Source: Camelus dromedarius
Lineage: Eukaryota
Reading direction: 5' to 3'
Length of the DNA stretch: 64,000 nucleotides
NCBI RefSeq assembly: GCF_036321535.1
Contig: NC_087444.1
Location: 80,290,001-80,354,000, forward strand
This document shows, one piece after another, positions 40,950-53,005 of the stretch. Under the pieces are notes generated by a model, which saw nothing but the letters and a program-made list of their open reading frames with translations, was not told the origin of the DNA and made no database searches. How positions within the stretch are numbered: position 1 is the stretch's first letter; every line of letters begins with the position of its first letter. The position numbers and the translations under genes are program-made.

Positions 40950-41800
40950 CTGAGGCTTAGGGCTGGGCCGGCGTAGATTCCTCCCCTCAACGCCACGCCC
41001 TGGCGGGGCAGCCTCGGTTTTCCTTCCTTCCTGCCCCGCAGCCGCATCTCTCTCCTCTATACTCCGACTCTTCCAGCCTCAGAATCTCCCGCTAGCTTAA
41101 CCTCAGCGGCGTTCCGGGAGAAAGCTAGGACGTTGTCTGCAACGAGGCCCAATCGGAGGCCTCATACCGGGCTGGGGGCGCGACTTCCGGGACCATAGCA
41201 ACTTCGCCCGCCTTCTCTCCACAACTCTGTAGGGCTGCGCGCGCATCTTACCCCTCCCCAGAGCCTGGTGGGAGGAGCAGGGAAGGAGCGCCTGGACTGA
41301 TAGCCAATAGGGAGCCTGAGGCCAGCGTTGCTATGGCAATTTTGCCCTCCTTCGGCCCCCCCCAACGCTGTAGGCCTGCGCGCACCTCGAGTTTGGGCCG
41401 CCGTCTAGTGAGAGGAATTGGGAGGCGGGGCGAGTGTAGGGCTGTGACCAATCAGGGACCCGATGCCCGAGCTGCTGTGACGACCGCGGGAGGGCTTTTG
41501 TCAGACCCGATGTAGGGCAGCGAGAGGAGGAAGTGAGCGGTTCCTCCTCACCTTGATGGCGCTTCTAATGTGCGGCGGCTCCGCACCTGGACGACAGTCC
41601 TCGGCCTTGCAGCCCTGCGAACACGGGTAGATCAGACTACAAAGGAAGAGCCGCGGTGCAGTGACTCTGAAGTGCTCTCCTTAACCCTAACCCCAACCCC
41701 TGGCCGACCTGGTAAGTGTTGAAATCCTCCGTCCCAAGGGGGAAATAGGCTCGCGTCGGGAGCGCTCCCCCCAGGGCGCAACTTGGCAGCGCAGAGCTGG
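40950..41800 (+). promoter_or_regulatory. CpG-island promoter with a first-exon donor at 41711
   Basis: Three CCAAT boxes (about 41149, 41303, 41447), ETS CTTCCGG and GAGGAAGT, YY1-like GATGGCG, and donor CTG|GTAAGT. Confidence 0.6.
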
Positions 41801-42384
41801 GCATGTCCCTCTAAGCTGCGTCTTGTTCTATCCTGTGAGTCTCTGCAGAGGCTTGGGGCCACACGGGTTCATTCCTTATCTCAAGGGGCACCCGTGACAT
41901 GTGCCCGACTCTGGGCTGGGTGCTAAGGTTGCAGCAGTGAACAAGAAGGTCACAGATATTCTTACTGCTCTCTCTTCCTTAGAACTCACATACTAGGGCA
42001 GAGCTGGACAGTCAATAGCCGGACAGACCATTGGTAGTATTCTTTATGTCAGAGCTAAGTGTTCTGTGCAAGACAAAGCACAATGATGTGACAAAGACTG
42101 TTGGGGGCCCTACCTCGATGGCGGGGTCAGGGATTAGGAGCATAGATGCCCAACGACAGGAAGAATGGGGCTAACCGAGGCCAGGGAACAGCCTGCAAGG
42201 CTGTGAAAAATGGCAGGTACAAAGGCTCTGATGCAGGGACAGGTTTATTGGAGCCTTAGTGAGGAGCAGAGGGCGTTTAGGGGAGAGGCGCCGAGATCGA
42301 CGGGAGTGTGGGCAGGTGGATGCTGGTAAAGAGCGGATCTCCTAGCTCTTTCCACTTAGAGATACGCGGATTCATTTGTTTCAC

Positions 42385-42489
42385 TTTTTTTTTTTAATTT
42401 ATTTTTATTTTTAATGGAGTTATTGGGGATTGAACCCAGGACCTCCTGCATGCTAAGCACACACTCTACCATTGAGCTATACCCTCCCC
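42385..42489 (-). mobile_element. tRNA-derived SINE (Vic-1-like)
   Basis: ggggattgaacccaggacctcctgcatgctaagcacacactctaccattgagctataccctcccc with T-rich tail. Confidence 0.9.
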
Positions 42490-43114
42490 ACTTTGAAGGT
42501 ACTAATTAGGAAGCCAGTCTAGGCACTTTCTGAACTTCATTTTCTGACCATTTCATGGTCCTTTGTTAGGGCAGTTAAAAATGAATACACTTATCTTTCC
42601 TTCTGCTTTCTGGACATTCCACCCTTTTGCCATTTCTGCTCCAATTCCTCTCCTGCCTGTTGCCCACCTCTCTGTCCTCTGCGTTTTATCTACTCGTCTC
42701 ACAGCTTCTTCTGCACTGTGTGCCAAAGTTGGCCTTCAGGTACTGTATCCTGAGGGTTCACATGTCCTGAAATAGTCCTTGAACACCAGCTCCTCAGTTA
42801 GAACTGGATTTTCCTGGGCTGGAACACACATTCTACACAATGTTCACTGATGAAACCCATTTACAGAGGAGGGTGTTTGAGAGCCACTTTCATCTTCTGG
42901 ACTTCATCCTTGTCTCCTTGCCCCTTATGAGGACTCCTCCACCCTGTGATCTTGCACAGCAGCCCCTTAACCTGACTTGAGCCTCGTCAACAGATGTATT
43001 CTGGATGTCAGACACACATTTGTGATGGGGCTGTCCACTCCCATACAAGTCAATATGCACTTTGCCAGCATTTCGTGGATTTCCATTGTTGACGTGGAGT
43101 ACAGGATGAGGGAG

Positions 43115-43535
43115 TGTTATGGAAATGATGGGCCAGCCAAGAAACAAGCACCACTCGGAGGGTTGGAGTACTCAGATTTATTACGCCGGTGGGCTCAGAG
43201 GGGCTTCTGCTCCGAAGCTCTGAGCACCTCCAAGACGTGTGCATGAGATTTTATAGGGTAAATTACAAGCTTGGGGTATTGGCCAATAGGCATGGAACAG
43301 CTTTAGCAGCATCATTATCACAAAAGTAGAGGCAGGGAGGCAACAAACCAACATTTCAAGGCCAGATATGTCTCTCTGAAAATCCAGCTGGCTAGCAAAA
43401 AAAATGAGCAGGGAATCAGCAAACTGACACTTATTAACTTAGATTTACGAATTAGCCCAACAGAACTCAGATCAGTAATCCGACACTTGTTACACTTAGA
43501 TTTACGAGTAGGCCCAGCCCCGCTTTTTCTTCACA
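43115..43535 (-). mobile_element. Solo ERV1-type LTR (421 bp) with 4-bp TSD GGAG
   Basis: TG...CA ends; GGAG at 43111-43114 and 43536-43539; on the - strand CCAAT, then TATAAAA (about 43255), then AATAAA (43177-43182). Confidence 0.85.
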
Positions 43536-43638
43536 GGAGCATCTTGCAAGCAGGGTGTTTCTATAGAAGGAGTGTCACAAGTCCTCAAGGAGGTCCTCCC
43601 ACTCAGACGACCACCCCTGTGACACGTGTAGTCCACTC

Positions 43639-44510
43639 TTTTTTTTTTTATTGAAGTATAGTCGATTTACAATGTTGTGTTAATTTCTGCTGTACAGCAT
43701 AGTGATGCATTTATATATATAATTCCTTTTCATATTCTTTTTCATTAAAGGCCATTACAAGGTATTGAATATAGTTCCCTATGCTCTACAGTAGGCCCTT
43801 GTTGTTTATCTGTCTTATATATTATATATTAGTTAGTATCTACAAATCCCAAGCTCCAAATTTATTCCTCCCCATCTCCTTCTCCCCACAACCTCACTAA
43901 CCATAATTTCGTTTTCTGTGTCTGTGAGTCTATTTCTGTTTTGTAAATATGTTAATTTCTGTCCTTTTTTAAAATAAAATTCCACATATAAATGATATCA
44001 TATGGTATTTTTCATTCTCTTTCTGGCTTATTTCACTTAGTATGATACTCTCCAGGTCCATCCATNNNNNNNNNNNNNNNNNNNNNNNNNNNNNNNNNNN
44101 NNNNNNNNNNNNNNNNNNNNNNNNNNNNNNNNNNNNNNNNNNNNNNNNNNNNNNNNNNNNNNNNNNNNNNNNNNNNNNNNNNNNNNNNNNNNNNNNNNNN
44201 NNNNNNNNNNNNNNNNNNNNNNNNNNNNNNNNNNNNNNNNNNNNNNNNNNNNNNNNNNNNNNNNNNNNNNNNNNNNGCACATGTATCTTTTCAAATTAGA
44301 GTTCCCTCTGGATATATGCCCAGGAGTGGGATTGCTAGATCATAGGGTAGGTCTGTTTTCAGTTTTTTAAGGAATCTCCATACTGTTTTCCATAATGGCT
44401 GCACCAAACTACATTCCATAATGGCTGTACCAAACTACAGCAGTGTAGGAGTGTTCCCTTTTCTCCACACTCTCTCCAGCATTTATCCTTCATGTAGTCC
44501 ATTCTTAGAA
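43639..44510 (-). mobile_element. Relatively young L1 3' end (artiodactyl type) containing a gap
   Basis: ttttttattgaagtatagtcgatttacaatgttgtg...gatatatgcccaggagtgggattgctagatcatag. Confidence 0.85.
44066..44276. other. Assembly gap (211 N)
   Basis: Run of N. Confidence 1.
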
Positions 44511-45599
44511 AAGGTTTTACACTTAGTTGAGCATTAAGGAATAATCCTGGGTAAGAACCATGCATATGTGGGACATGTGGGAGAGGCTTCTAGTTCGGTA
44601 CAAAACTTGACCAACGCTCATCCCCCGGTAATAATAATACTGTGTTAATAACCACGGCGGTAAGGAAGTAATAACTAACACTTATTGACAGTTTTCTAAA
44701 TTCCAAATACCATGGTTTTCCTGTCATGCTTTTGATTTAAAGTTCATAACACCCCCACAGGTAAGTCCTATAAATGGTGAAGAAGCTTAGGACAAAGATT
44801 CCAGAGCCAGACTCTGTAGGTTCACATCCCACCCCAGCTAAGTTCTGTGTTTTGGACAAATAATGTAAGCCTTTAGTGCTTTATCTTTCTTAATTTAGAA
44901 ATGGGACTGATAATGGCATATGCTTCCTTGGTGTTTGAGAGGCTTGAGGTTATGTGGGTGGAGGATGTAGAGCAGCATCTGCCAGAACTCAGCGTGTGCA
45001 GTGTTTGCTATCATCTCCATATGACAGATGAGGACACAAGGGCTCACAGAGGCCCAATCATCTGCCCCAGGTGACTGCTGCCCACATTGAGATTATACTT
45101 GGGTTGGGGTTTGAACCTGGGGATATGGGGCTGTTGTGTGCACAGAGGAAGACATTATTTTTCTTATTTCATGCCCAATTTACTAATTTATGGACTTATC
45201 AAACAATTCACATTTTAAAACATTAAGTAATGCGAATTTCTATATAATTACCAGCGGCACTAGTGAAAAATAAAAACATAGATTCAAGAAATTGTAGCTA
45301 TGTTTAAATACTGATTGCTTCCCACTCCTAGATATTTACTCATGTGAAAAGAAAACTATGTTCACAGGCTTGTATGCAAATTTTTCTAGCAACTTTATTC
45401 AAAATAAACAGTGGGAACAACTCCAATATCTATTACTAGGGTGGACAACACAATGTGGTACATCCATAAAATTGAATCCTTTAAGCCCATCAGAAGCAAA
45501 AAATTTACTGACATGTGCAACACCATGAGGAAAAAAAATTAAAAGCATGAAGATAGTGGACGAAGCCAGTTAGACAAACTGTAAGATTCCATTTATACG

Positions 45600-45960
45600 A
45601 ATACAAAATTATAGTTTTCTATATTGGCTGCATTCATGAGGCGAGAACTTCATGAGCGCCAACAAGAAAAGGTGTGTGGGGTATTTTTCACTGAAGGCTT
45701 TCCAGGGTGGTTGACTGAGTAAAATTTCTCTCTGATGTGACTATGCAGACTTCAGAGGTGGGAGATAGGACTGAAGACCTTTCCATACTCCTTACACACA
45801 GAGGGTTTTATTCTATCGTGAATTCCTCATTGGTGAAGTAAGGTTGCTTCTCCTTGAAGGCCTTCCCAAAAGCCACGCATGCACAGGGCGAGTCTTCGAC
45901 GTCCATTCTCATGAGGTTCTGCAAAAGGGACTGTTGAGGCCCACATCCTACTGTTGATCT
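45600..45960 (-). pseudogene. Inverted, decayed C2H2 array fragment (ZNF584/ZNF132 family)
   Basis: GKAF..ATLLHQ*GIH..KPSVCKEYGKVFS..SHL*...GKAFSEK; the 14-mer gccttcaaggagaa (45848-45861, - strand) also occurs at 54998-55011 (+). Confidence 0.6.
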
Positions 45961-46447
45961 TTCCAACACCTCCTCCTGCCGAGGTCCCCGGGCCCTCGGT
46001 ACCCAGCTGCTCAACGTCAGGGGTAGGAATCTGGGGCGGCTGCATGCCGGGAGCCATTTCACCAATGTCGATGCCCCTTGACAAAGTCAGGGCAAAACGG
46101 CCATGCAGATTGCAAAGCAGTCTCACTCTGGAAAATACCGACATTTCCTTCTGTTGTTTATAGTGCCTATAATTGGATTGGGGTACATGGGCTTTTTGAA
46201 AATTGTACAGGATGATTCTCAATCTGGGGAAATAATAGGGGCTATGATGATGACTGTGCAGGACAATTCAAACAATGGAATTTCAATGAAAGTACTTGGA
46301 AATAAATCAAAAGATCAGGGCCCCCATGGTGTGTCATGCCTCAAGCCCTAAAGACAACGTGTGCCGTTAGCTCTGTAAGAAACATAAGATAGATATCTCT
46401 AGGTTGACTGCTTTCCTTGTAGGTAATAGGAACAATAATCAGCCCAC

Positions 46448-46886
46448 TGTTGGGTTCCAGGTGCCAGTGGGTTGGGACCCTCGTGACCTTCTCTTTTTGC
46501 GCTTGTTTTTGTGAAATAGTCTTTGGTTAGGAGCTGTTCTTAGGGATAGAATTGAAAATGGGTTAAGGGGTAATGATTAACTAAGTATAAGGCTAAGGGG
46601 TAATTTAAAAAATCATCAGGGTGATGACGTTCAGCCAAGTCGAAAAAGGCCCGTGACCACACCCTGGGTATGGAAACAGGTTAACAATGTAAACAATAAA
46701 GATGTAAGAGTCAACTTGGCCACAATGTGAAATCACCTGTTTGATAAAATTGTATAAATACCACAAATAAAGAAAGCCTTGCAGAGTTGCCTGCATGGTG
46801 ATCAAACCTTGACTGGCTCTCTCACTCTTTTGCCGACGCCGTCCATCCCTGGGTACTCCTGGACCTGCTGGAGCGGGACTCCGGCA
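46448..46886 (+). mobile_element. Solo LTR, probably class II/betaretrovirus-like
   Basis: TG...CA; TATAAATA near 46753; AATAAA near 46766; the end cctggacctgctggagcgggactccggca resembles BTLTR-type ends; TSD imperfect (gcccac/gccgcg). Confidence 0.7.
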
Positions 46887-46889
46887 GCC

Positions 46890-47567
46890 GCGGGTACGAC
46901 CAACTTTTGCACTGACCCTGGGGACACCCCAGCTAGATGTGGCTCCACTACGGTCGGGGACACCGGAGTTAGAGGAGGCGGGACATTCGCCGCGGTCACG
47001 GCGCGCATAGGTGTTATGGGACCGTCCCGACTCTCCTGCCGTCCCTGCGGGCTGCGGGAGCCTCCTGGACGCAGTCCCCGGTCCAACGACCCTGACCTCC
47101 TGCCAACCACTGAGAAGCGGAAGTAGCCCCACAACTGTCGGGGGCCGGCGGTGGAGGTCCCGCCCAGCGCCTGCCTAGAAACGCCTATCTCCTGGGCTCT
47201 AATTGGCCAGCGCCGGGTTGTTGGCGCAGTGTCTTCTGGGTAAGGAAAATCCCGCTTCAGGAACGCGCGCGCGGCCTCGCTGCGTTCTGTGAAGGATCCA
47301 TCCGCGGAAGAGGACGGCGCCAGTCCGAGCCTTGAGCCGTGCCTGAGACTCGCAGTCAGGACTGTGGGGACGCTGCGTCGCACGCAGTGTCTGGCGGGGC
47401 TGCACACCCGCCCTACGCCCCCCTAGCCTTTTGGGCATTTCACACAGGAGAGGTTGGGGACTAAGGCCCCTACTTTCACGGTCAGCCCCGTCCGTCGGCA
47501 GGGATCGCCGCCTTCAGGGTCTAGCTCCGCCCACAGGATCTAGCTCCGCCCACAGGGTCGGGCGCAG
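46890..47567 (+). promoter_or_regulatory. CpG island and exon 1 of the ZNF584-like pseudogene (ATG deleted)
   Basis: Homologous to 58990-59741; donor GCGCAG|GTTTGT at 47568. Confidence 0.65.
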
Positions 47568-47799
47568 GTTTGTGGAGGGTGCACCCTGACCCTCCTTGCC
47601 TCACTCCTCGGACTCCATGTAGGGGATGTTGGTATCCTGAGCCTCTTTCTCCTCCCCCGTCACCTCCCTGCCCTTGTTTCTGGGGCTCTGAGGAAGTCAC
47701 GTCTGGCCCAGAATCCCTAATCCTAGTCGAGGATTACGCAGAAAGATTCCCATTTCTGGCAGTCAACGGGATATGACCTGGCAAGTGTTAAAAGACGCA

Positions 47800-48500
47800 G
47801 AAACCCGCATGTGTAAATGCTTGGCAGTGAGGCTGAGCTAGGAGTGTTAACGGGAACCATAGGTCTCTCCTGCGTTTGGTGAAAAAGTGAGCAGGGGGCA
47901 AGAGTCAGGCCTGGAATGAATTCAGGCCTCTGTTTAGAGGGTGCTGGGAGCCATGGGAAGTTTAGAGCAGAGAGGGGATGTGATCTGACTCAGGGGTTAG
48001 CAGGCTCCCTCTGGCTGCCAAGGGGAGAACAGACTGTGCCTGAAGAAGGCCTGTGAGGAGGCCATTGGTGACAGGTGGTTGCAGCAGGGTGGTAGTAGCG
48101 GAGGTGGCAGAGGTGCTTGGACTCTGGGTCTGTTATTTCAGTAGGACTGGCCCAGTGTCCTGATGTGAGGCAGAGAGAGACAGTGAGCTCTCAAGGATGT
48201 TTTGAACTGGGTGTTTGAACTCAGTGGCTTGTTGGTTGTAAGTTTCATCATCTGCGATGTGGAAGTCGGTGGCTGGAGCAGGTGCCGGGGGTCTGGAGTG
48301 TGAGTTTGGAGATTTTAAGCATGATATATCCAGGTACTCCCGAATGGAGGCACTGTGTGGGCACCTGGACATGGAGCTCTGGAGCTCTGGAACTCTGCAG
48401 GATCCAGGCTGAAAACATCCAAAGGATGGGGCTGGAGAGTGGACTAGGATCAACTGAGATGGATAAAGGATGATGAATACCCCAACGTGTGGAAGGAGGG
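47800..48500 (-). mobile_element. LINE-2 fragments in intron 1 of the pseudogene
   Basis: ggtgctgggagccatgggaagtttagagcagagaggggatgtgatctgac...gggcacctggacatggagctctggagctc. Confidence 0.55.
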
Positions 48501-50319
48501 AAGGCTGGGTCCTGAAGAGGACCAGATGTCTGATTTAGGCAGTTTGAAGACGATGGTAGGTGTTGCTAAGGCCTTTGTGAAGGCTGATCCTACGTCAGGA
48601 GGAGAATGCAGAGGGGGTGTGACAGGGGGCCAAGGTTCCAGAGGGGCAAGTGGACCTGGGGTGCAGCCTGTGGCATGGCTGTGTCAAAGATAGGGGGTCA
48701 GTGGGACCTAGGGTTGGGCTAATCTGCCCATCTGTGGGCTTGCCAGATTTTGATATCTGCCTTCTTTGGGGCCTAGGGCTTTTCACACAGGGTCGCAGAT
48801 TTGGTGACAGATGGGGTCATGTTGGAGACAGGCGGGGACTCAAGCCTAGGGGGTGGGCTCTGAATGTGCCTCAGGAGGAGAGAGGAAGGTCATGGCAAGT
48901 GAGGGGACAACCTGGGCAATGGCAGAGGTGAAGGAAGGCCAGGTCTCAGATCCAGTTGTGGCTCTGGGTGGCTGAGTGTTGACTAGAAATAGGGCCAGGT
49001 GGGAAGCTCTTCAATGCAGGGCCAGGGGTGCCTGTGGCTCTGGGCCATTGGAGGTGTGGGAAGCACTGGGTCAGGAGAGGATGTTGGCTGCTCTGCCAAA
49101 CACTGGACACCACATGCAGAGTGGCATGTGGGGAGGCCAGGGAGTTGCCCAGGGGGTGAACTGGTGAGATTGTGCCAAGTAGGAACAGTTTTATATGCCT
49201 CGCAGGCAGGAGGGCAAACCAAAGGGCCCTGGGAGCAGATACTTGGCCCTATGGGAGGACGGTGAGCAGAGGTTTGGTTGCATCTGAAAGGTGAGATCTA
49301 GGGGACACAGAGGGACTTGGCTGGCAGGAGACAGGGTGAGGCTCGTGTGCCTGGACCAGAGCATAGATAGCACCTATCTGGTTACCAGCTGGTTGTTGCT
49401 GTGGGTCAGATGCAGCGTCCAGTCGTAACACGAGGAGAGAGGCACCTATGGCCCTTGGGACCTTGGTTTCCCCAAGGGTTTTGGGGATGAGTGTCTTATC
49501 GGGATGTGTGTGTGTGGGGCGGGGGGTGGTTTGGGCCTCGGGAAATAGGATGGCATTCACAGATATGGTGGGACCCTTTCAGGTCAAAGGCCTGGATGTG
49601 GCCATCTGTTCATATTTTGGTTGATTTTTGTGCCCACTCATCGATCCCAGGGACTGAACACATTATTGTAGGCTCTGGTGACACGCCCGAGGAGGTGGCT
49701 GTGTATTTTTCCCAGGATGGGTGGAGGCTCCTTAATGTAACCCAGAGGCACCTAAACCATGATGTGATGTTGGGGAATTTTGAGCTTATTGGCTCAGTGG
49801 GTAAGTCCTTTATCCCCTCCCTAAGTGTACTGACCACTCTCTCTCTGTGTTTTCTCATGGGAAGTTCTTTCCATTCCAAAGCTGGACCACAGGGGCTGCT
49901 TCCTTCCCAGGTTCTCTGTGGTTGGTGTTGTGGGTGCTGGGACTGGGCAGGGTGAACTTCCCCTGCATCTCTTTGATCAGCCCTGTGAGTATTCCCAGTA
50001 GCTGTTGCCTCAAGACTTAGTAGGGTGGGGTTTGGGGGCCAGATCTTTGACAATGTGCCTAACTGATCCCACCAGTCTCCTCCAGTTCCCAGCCTGGTGA
50101 CCGTGCTGGAGTCATGGCCCCTTTGTGCTACAAATTTGCCCTCTTTCGCTGCATAAGACCATGACCTAGGCCAAGCTTTATCTCTTATATCCTATTGCCA
50201 TTTAATGTTAGATTGCTGGCTCTGTGGGTCAGACAACCCCAGTTCATGATGGAGAGCTCATTGGATTCACTTAGCCTATTGTCTTCAATAAATGCTGCAT
50301 CCTGTGCAGCTCGGGATCA

Positions 50320-50820
50320 TGTCTGAGGACGGGCAACGTAAGACTTAAGAAACAAAGAGACAAAGTAAAGAGCAAAGATGGGACCAGGGGACTCAAGATC
50401 TCGTGGATCTAGAGCCCCGAAAGCCTAGTCAGCATCATATTTATTAGGAGTATACAGCTCAGAAAAAAATGTGATCAAAGAGGTGGGGCTTTAGATACTC
50501 CATGCGATAAGCACTAAGTTCTGCTTGCTGGTTAACTGATTAATTTCAGGCCCATCCCTTCCAGGAACAATCACCCTCCTGGGAGTATGCAGAATTTCTG
50601 AGTCTATCCTGTCATCGCCTCCAGGACACCTCAAGATAGCAAATACTTCCCCTAGGTTCAACAGCATGCTTTCATGCCAGAACAAAGTTCTGTTAATGGA
50701 TGATCTGGCTTTCCAAGACCATCCATTGTTTCACCCTAAGGAAATATCTGCCCTCCATGCCCTTACGATTAATGTCAGGATTGCTCACCACAGATTTTCC
50801 TTAGCATAATACGTGCTACA
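50320..50820 (-). mobile_element. Solo LTR (501 bp) with 5-bp TSD GATCA
   Basis: TG...CA; GATCA at 50315-50319 and 50821-50825; AATAAA on the - strand near 50442. Confidence 0.85.
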
Positions 50821-51232
50821 GATCATGTACTGCGCAAAACATTAAAACAAAGCAAGCATGTGCATTTTAAGCAAGCAAGTGTGAATATAATATTTTAAGC
50901 TCATGGAAGTTTAGGAGTGGCTTCTTTTCTAGCTGCTTGTTGTCCAGCAGCTTGTTTTCCAGCAGCTTGTTTCCCAGCAAATAAAGTGGACCAGTGTGAT
51001 GTTTATACAGTGTCAGGATGATCAAGATCTCTGTGGACTGCATCATGGCAGAGAGCAGAACTGATGCAGTCCTGAGGCAACTCTGTGAACATGTGCTGCT
51101 TGTTTGGTATAAGCAGGTAAAAGCAAATGGTTTCTGGTGTTCTTTGTAAATTGAATGAAAGAAAAGTCCAATAGCTGCATGCCAAGTGCCAGAGGTTCTG
51201 TTAATCTGTTGCAATAAAGATACTACCTCTGG

Positions 51233-51321
51233 GGACAGGGTGGGTATAGCTCAGTGGTAGAGTGGGTGCTTAGCATATATGAGGTCCTGGGTTCAATCCC
51301 CATTACCTCCATTTAAAAAAA
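51233..51321 (+). mobile_element. tRNA-derived SINE with exact 17-bp TSD
   Basis: AAAGATACTACCTCTGG at 51216-51232 and 51322-51338; A box tagctcagtgg, B box gggttcaatccc. Confidence 0.93.
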
Positions 51322-52439
51322 AAAGATACTACCTCTGGAACAGCAGCTCCAGTTGAAGTCACCAGCAGATTAAATTTACGGTGGTCCACAGTCATTCTCC
51401 AGTATCCATCTGACTTCTGCACTGGCCAAACTAGTGAGTTAAATGGGAATGCTTCTTTCAGATCTTTGATAGTGGCATTAATCTCTGCACTTCCTCTAGG
51501 GGTGTGGTATTGCTTTTCGTTAACTCGGCAGGGGCTGGAAGCTTCAGGGCCATTCAGCCCTTCTTAGCATAATGACCCTTACCCCTACAGATGAGTGGAG
51601 TATTAGCCCAGTCCAACTCCCAGTAAGTCCAGTGGGTCCACAGGCTCATGTGTGGTTATTTTCACAGCTGGTGAATGAATATTGGAAGACCCCTGTAGGC
51701 CTCCACTTGGACTAAGGACATAGTAGTGTTTTGAATCTCAGGAGGTAGTGTCAGTTCAGAGCCAGTGTCTAGTAATCCTTGGAAGATCTGAGCATTTCCT
51801 TTTCCCCAACTCAGCAGTCACTCCATTAAATGGCTGCAGGTCCCTTTGGATAAGGCCTGGAGAAAGACTTACGATACATACTTTTGACAGTGGTCCAGGG
51901 TCCTTTCTCAAAGGGACTTGGCCTCCTCTTCATTCAAGGTATTCTGGGCTATAAATTGATTTAGGTCTGGAAACTGCATAAGAGGCTTTGACTCTCCACT
52001 GTGGCAGATTGAGTCAGATTGTTGGCACCAGATATAGATCTTTTCCTCATGTATAGGTCATGCGCTACTCAGGTGGGCTGCATATGTCCTTCTTTCTGAA
52101 GAACACTGTCATCAATTCACCACTGCCAAAGACCTCTGCAGGCCAAGGCCTTCTGATTGACTGTATGTCCCAGCCGCCTGTCATGGCTGATGTGCCCACC
52201 TTGCATATTTGCTAGTTAAGTGCTGCCACTTGGCCTCTGCTATTCATGGGATCATCCCATGGAAATCATAGAGCCCATCTTAATGGTCAGATCTCCTACA
52301 GTTACAGCTGGCTTACAAAAGACAGCAGCCACAGAGACTTTCAAGGCTGCAGGTCCTCCTCTCTTTAACATATTTCTTAATTACTTTAGTGAAGGGAATG
52401 TTTTCTGGGGCTTCTTGTGGAACAGAGTTGGGGAATGGT

Positions 52440-53005
52440 GTTGCAATTTTTTATTGCTGCTATAACAGGTTGCCACAAATTTAGCAGCCTAATCCAACAC
52501 AAGTGTAGTATCTCATACTTCTGTAAGTCAGGAGTCCAGCACGGGTCTCAATGGGTAAAATCGAGGTGTTGGTAGAGCTCCATTCCTTTCTGGAGGCTCT
52601 AGGGCAGAATCCATTTCTTTGCTCATTTAGGTTTAGAATTCAGTTGTCTGTAGTCTCTTTTTCCTTGCTGGCTCTCAGCTGAGGGTCATTCCCCGCTTCT
52701 ACAGGCTACTGCATTCCTTGGCTCGTGGTCCCTTTCCTCCATCGTCTAAGCCAGTAATGGCAGGTCAGGTCCCTCTCATGCTTTGAATCTCTCCTGCCTA
52801 TTCTTTCAGCCTTGCATCTCTTTCACTCACTCTTCTGCTTCTTTTGCCTTTAAGGGTCCATGTGGTTGTGGGCCCACCTGGGTAATGCAGGATAGTATCC
52901 CTATTTGGGGTCAGCTAATGAGAAATTTTAATTTCATCTTCAAAGTCATTTTTTCCATTTAAGTAACATATTCACAGGTTCAGGGGATTAGAACACAGGC
53001 ATCAT
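52440..53005 (-). mobile_element. MaLR (MLT1) LTR
   Basis: ttgctgctataacaggttgccacaaatttagcagc...gtaacatattcacaggttcaggggattag. Confidence 0.8.

Noticed and set aside
51233-51321. tRNA-like sequences here and at 5881, 13136, 18306 and 42489
   Set aside because: SINE heads with A-rich tails and TSDs, lacking a complete cloverleaf; not tRNA genes
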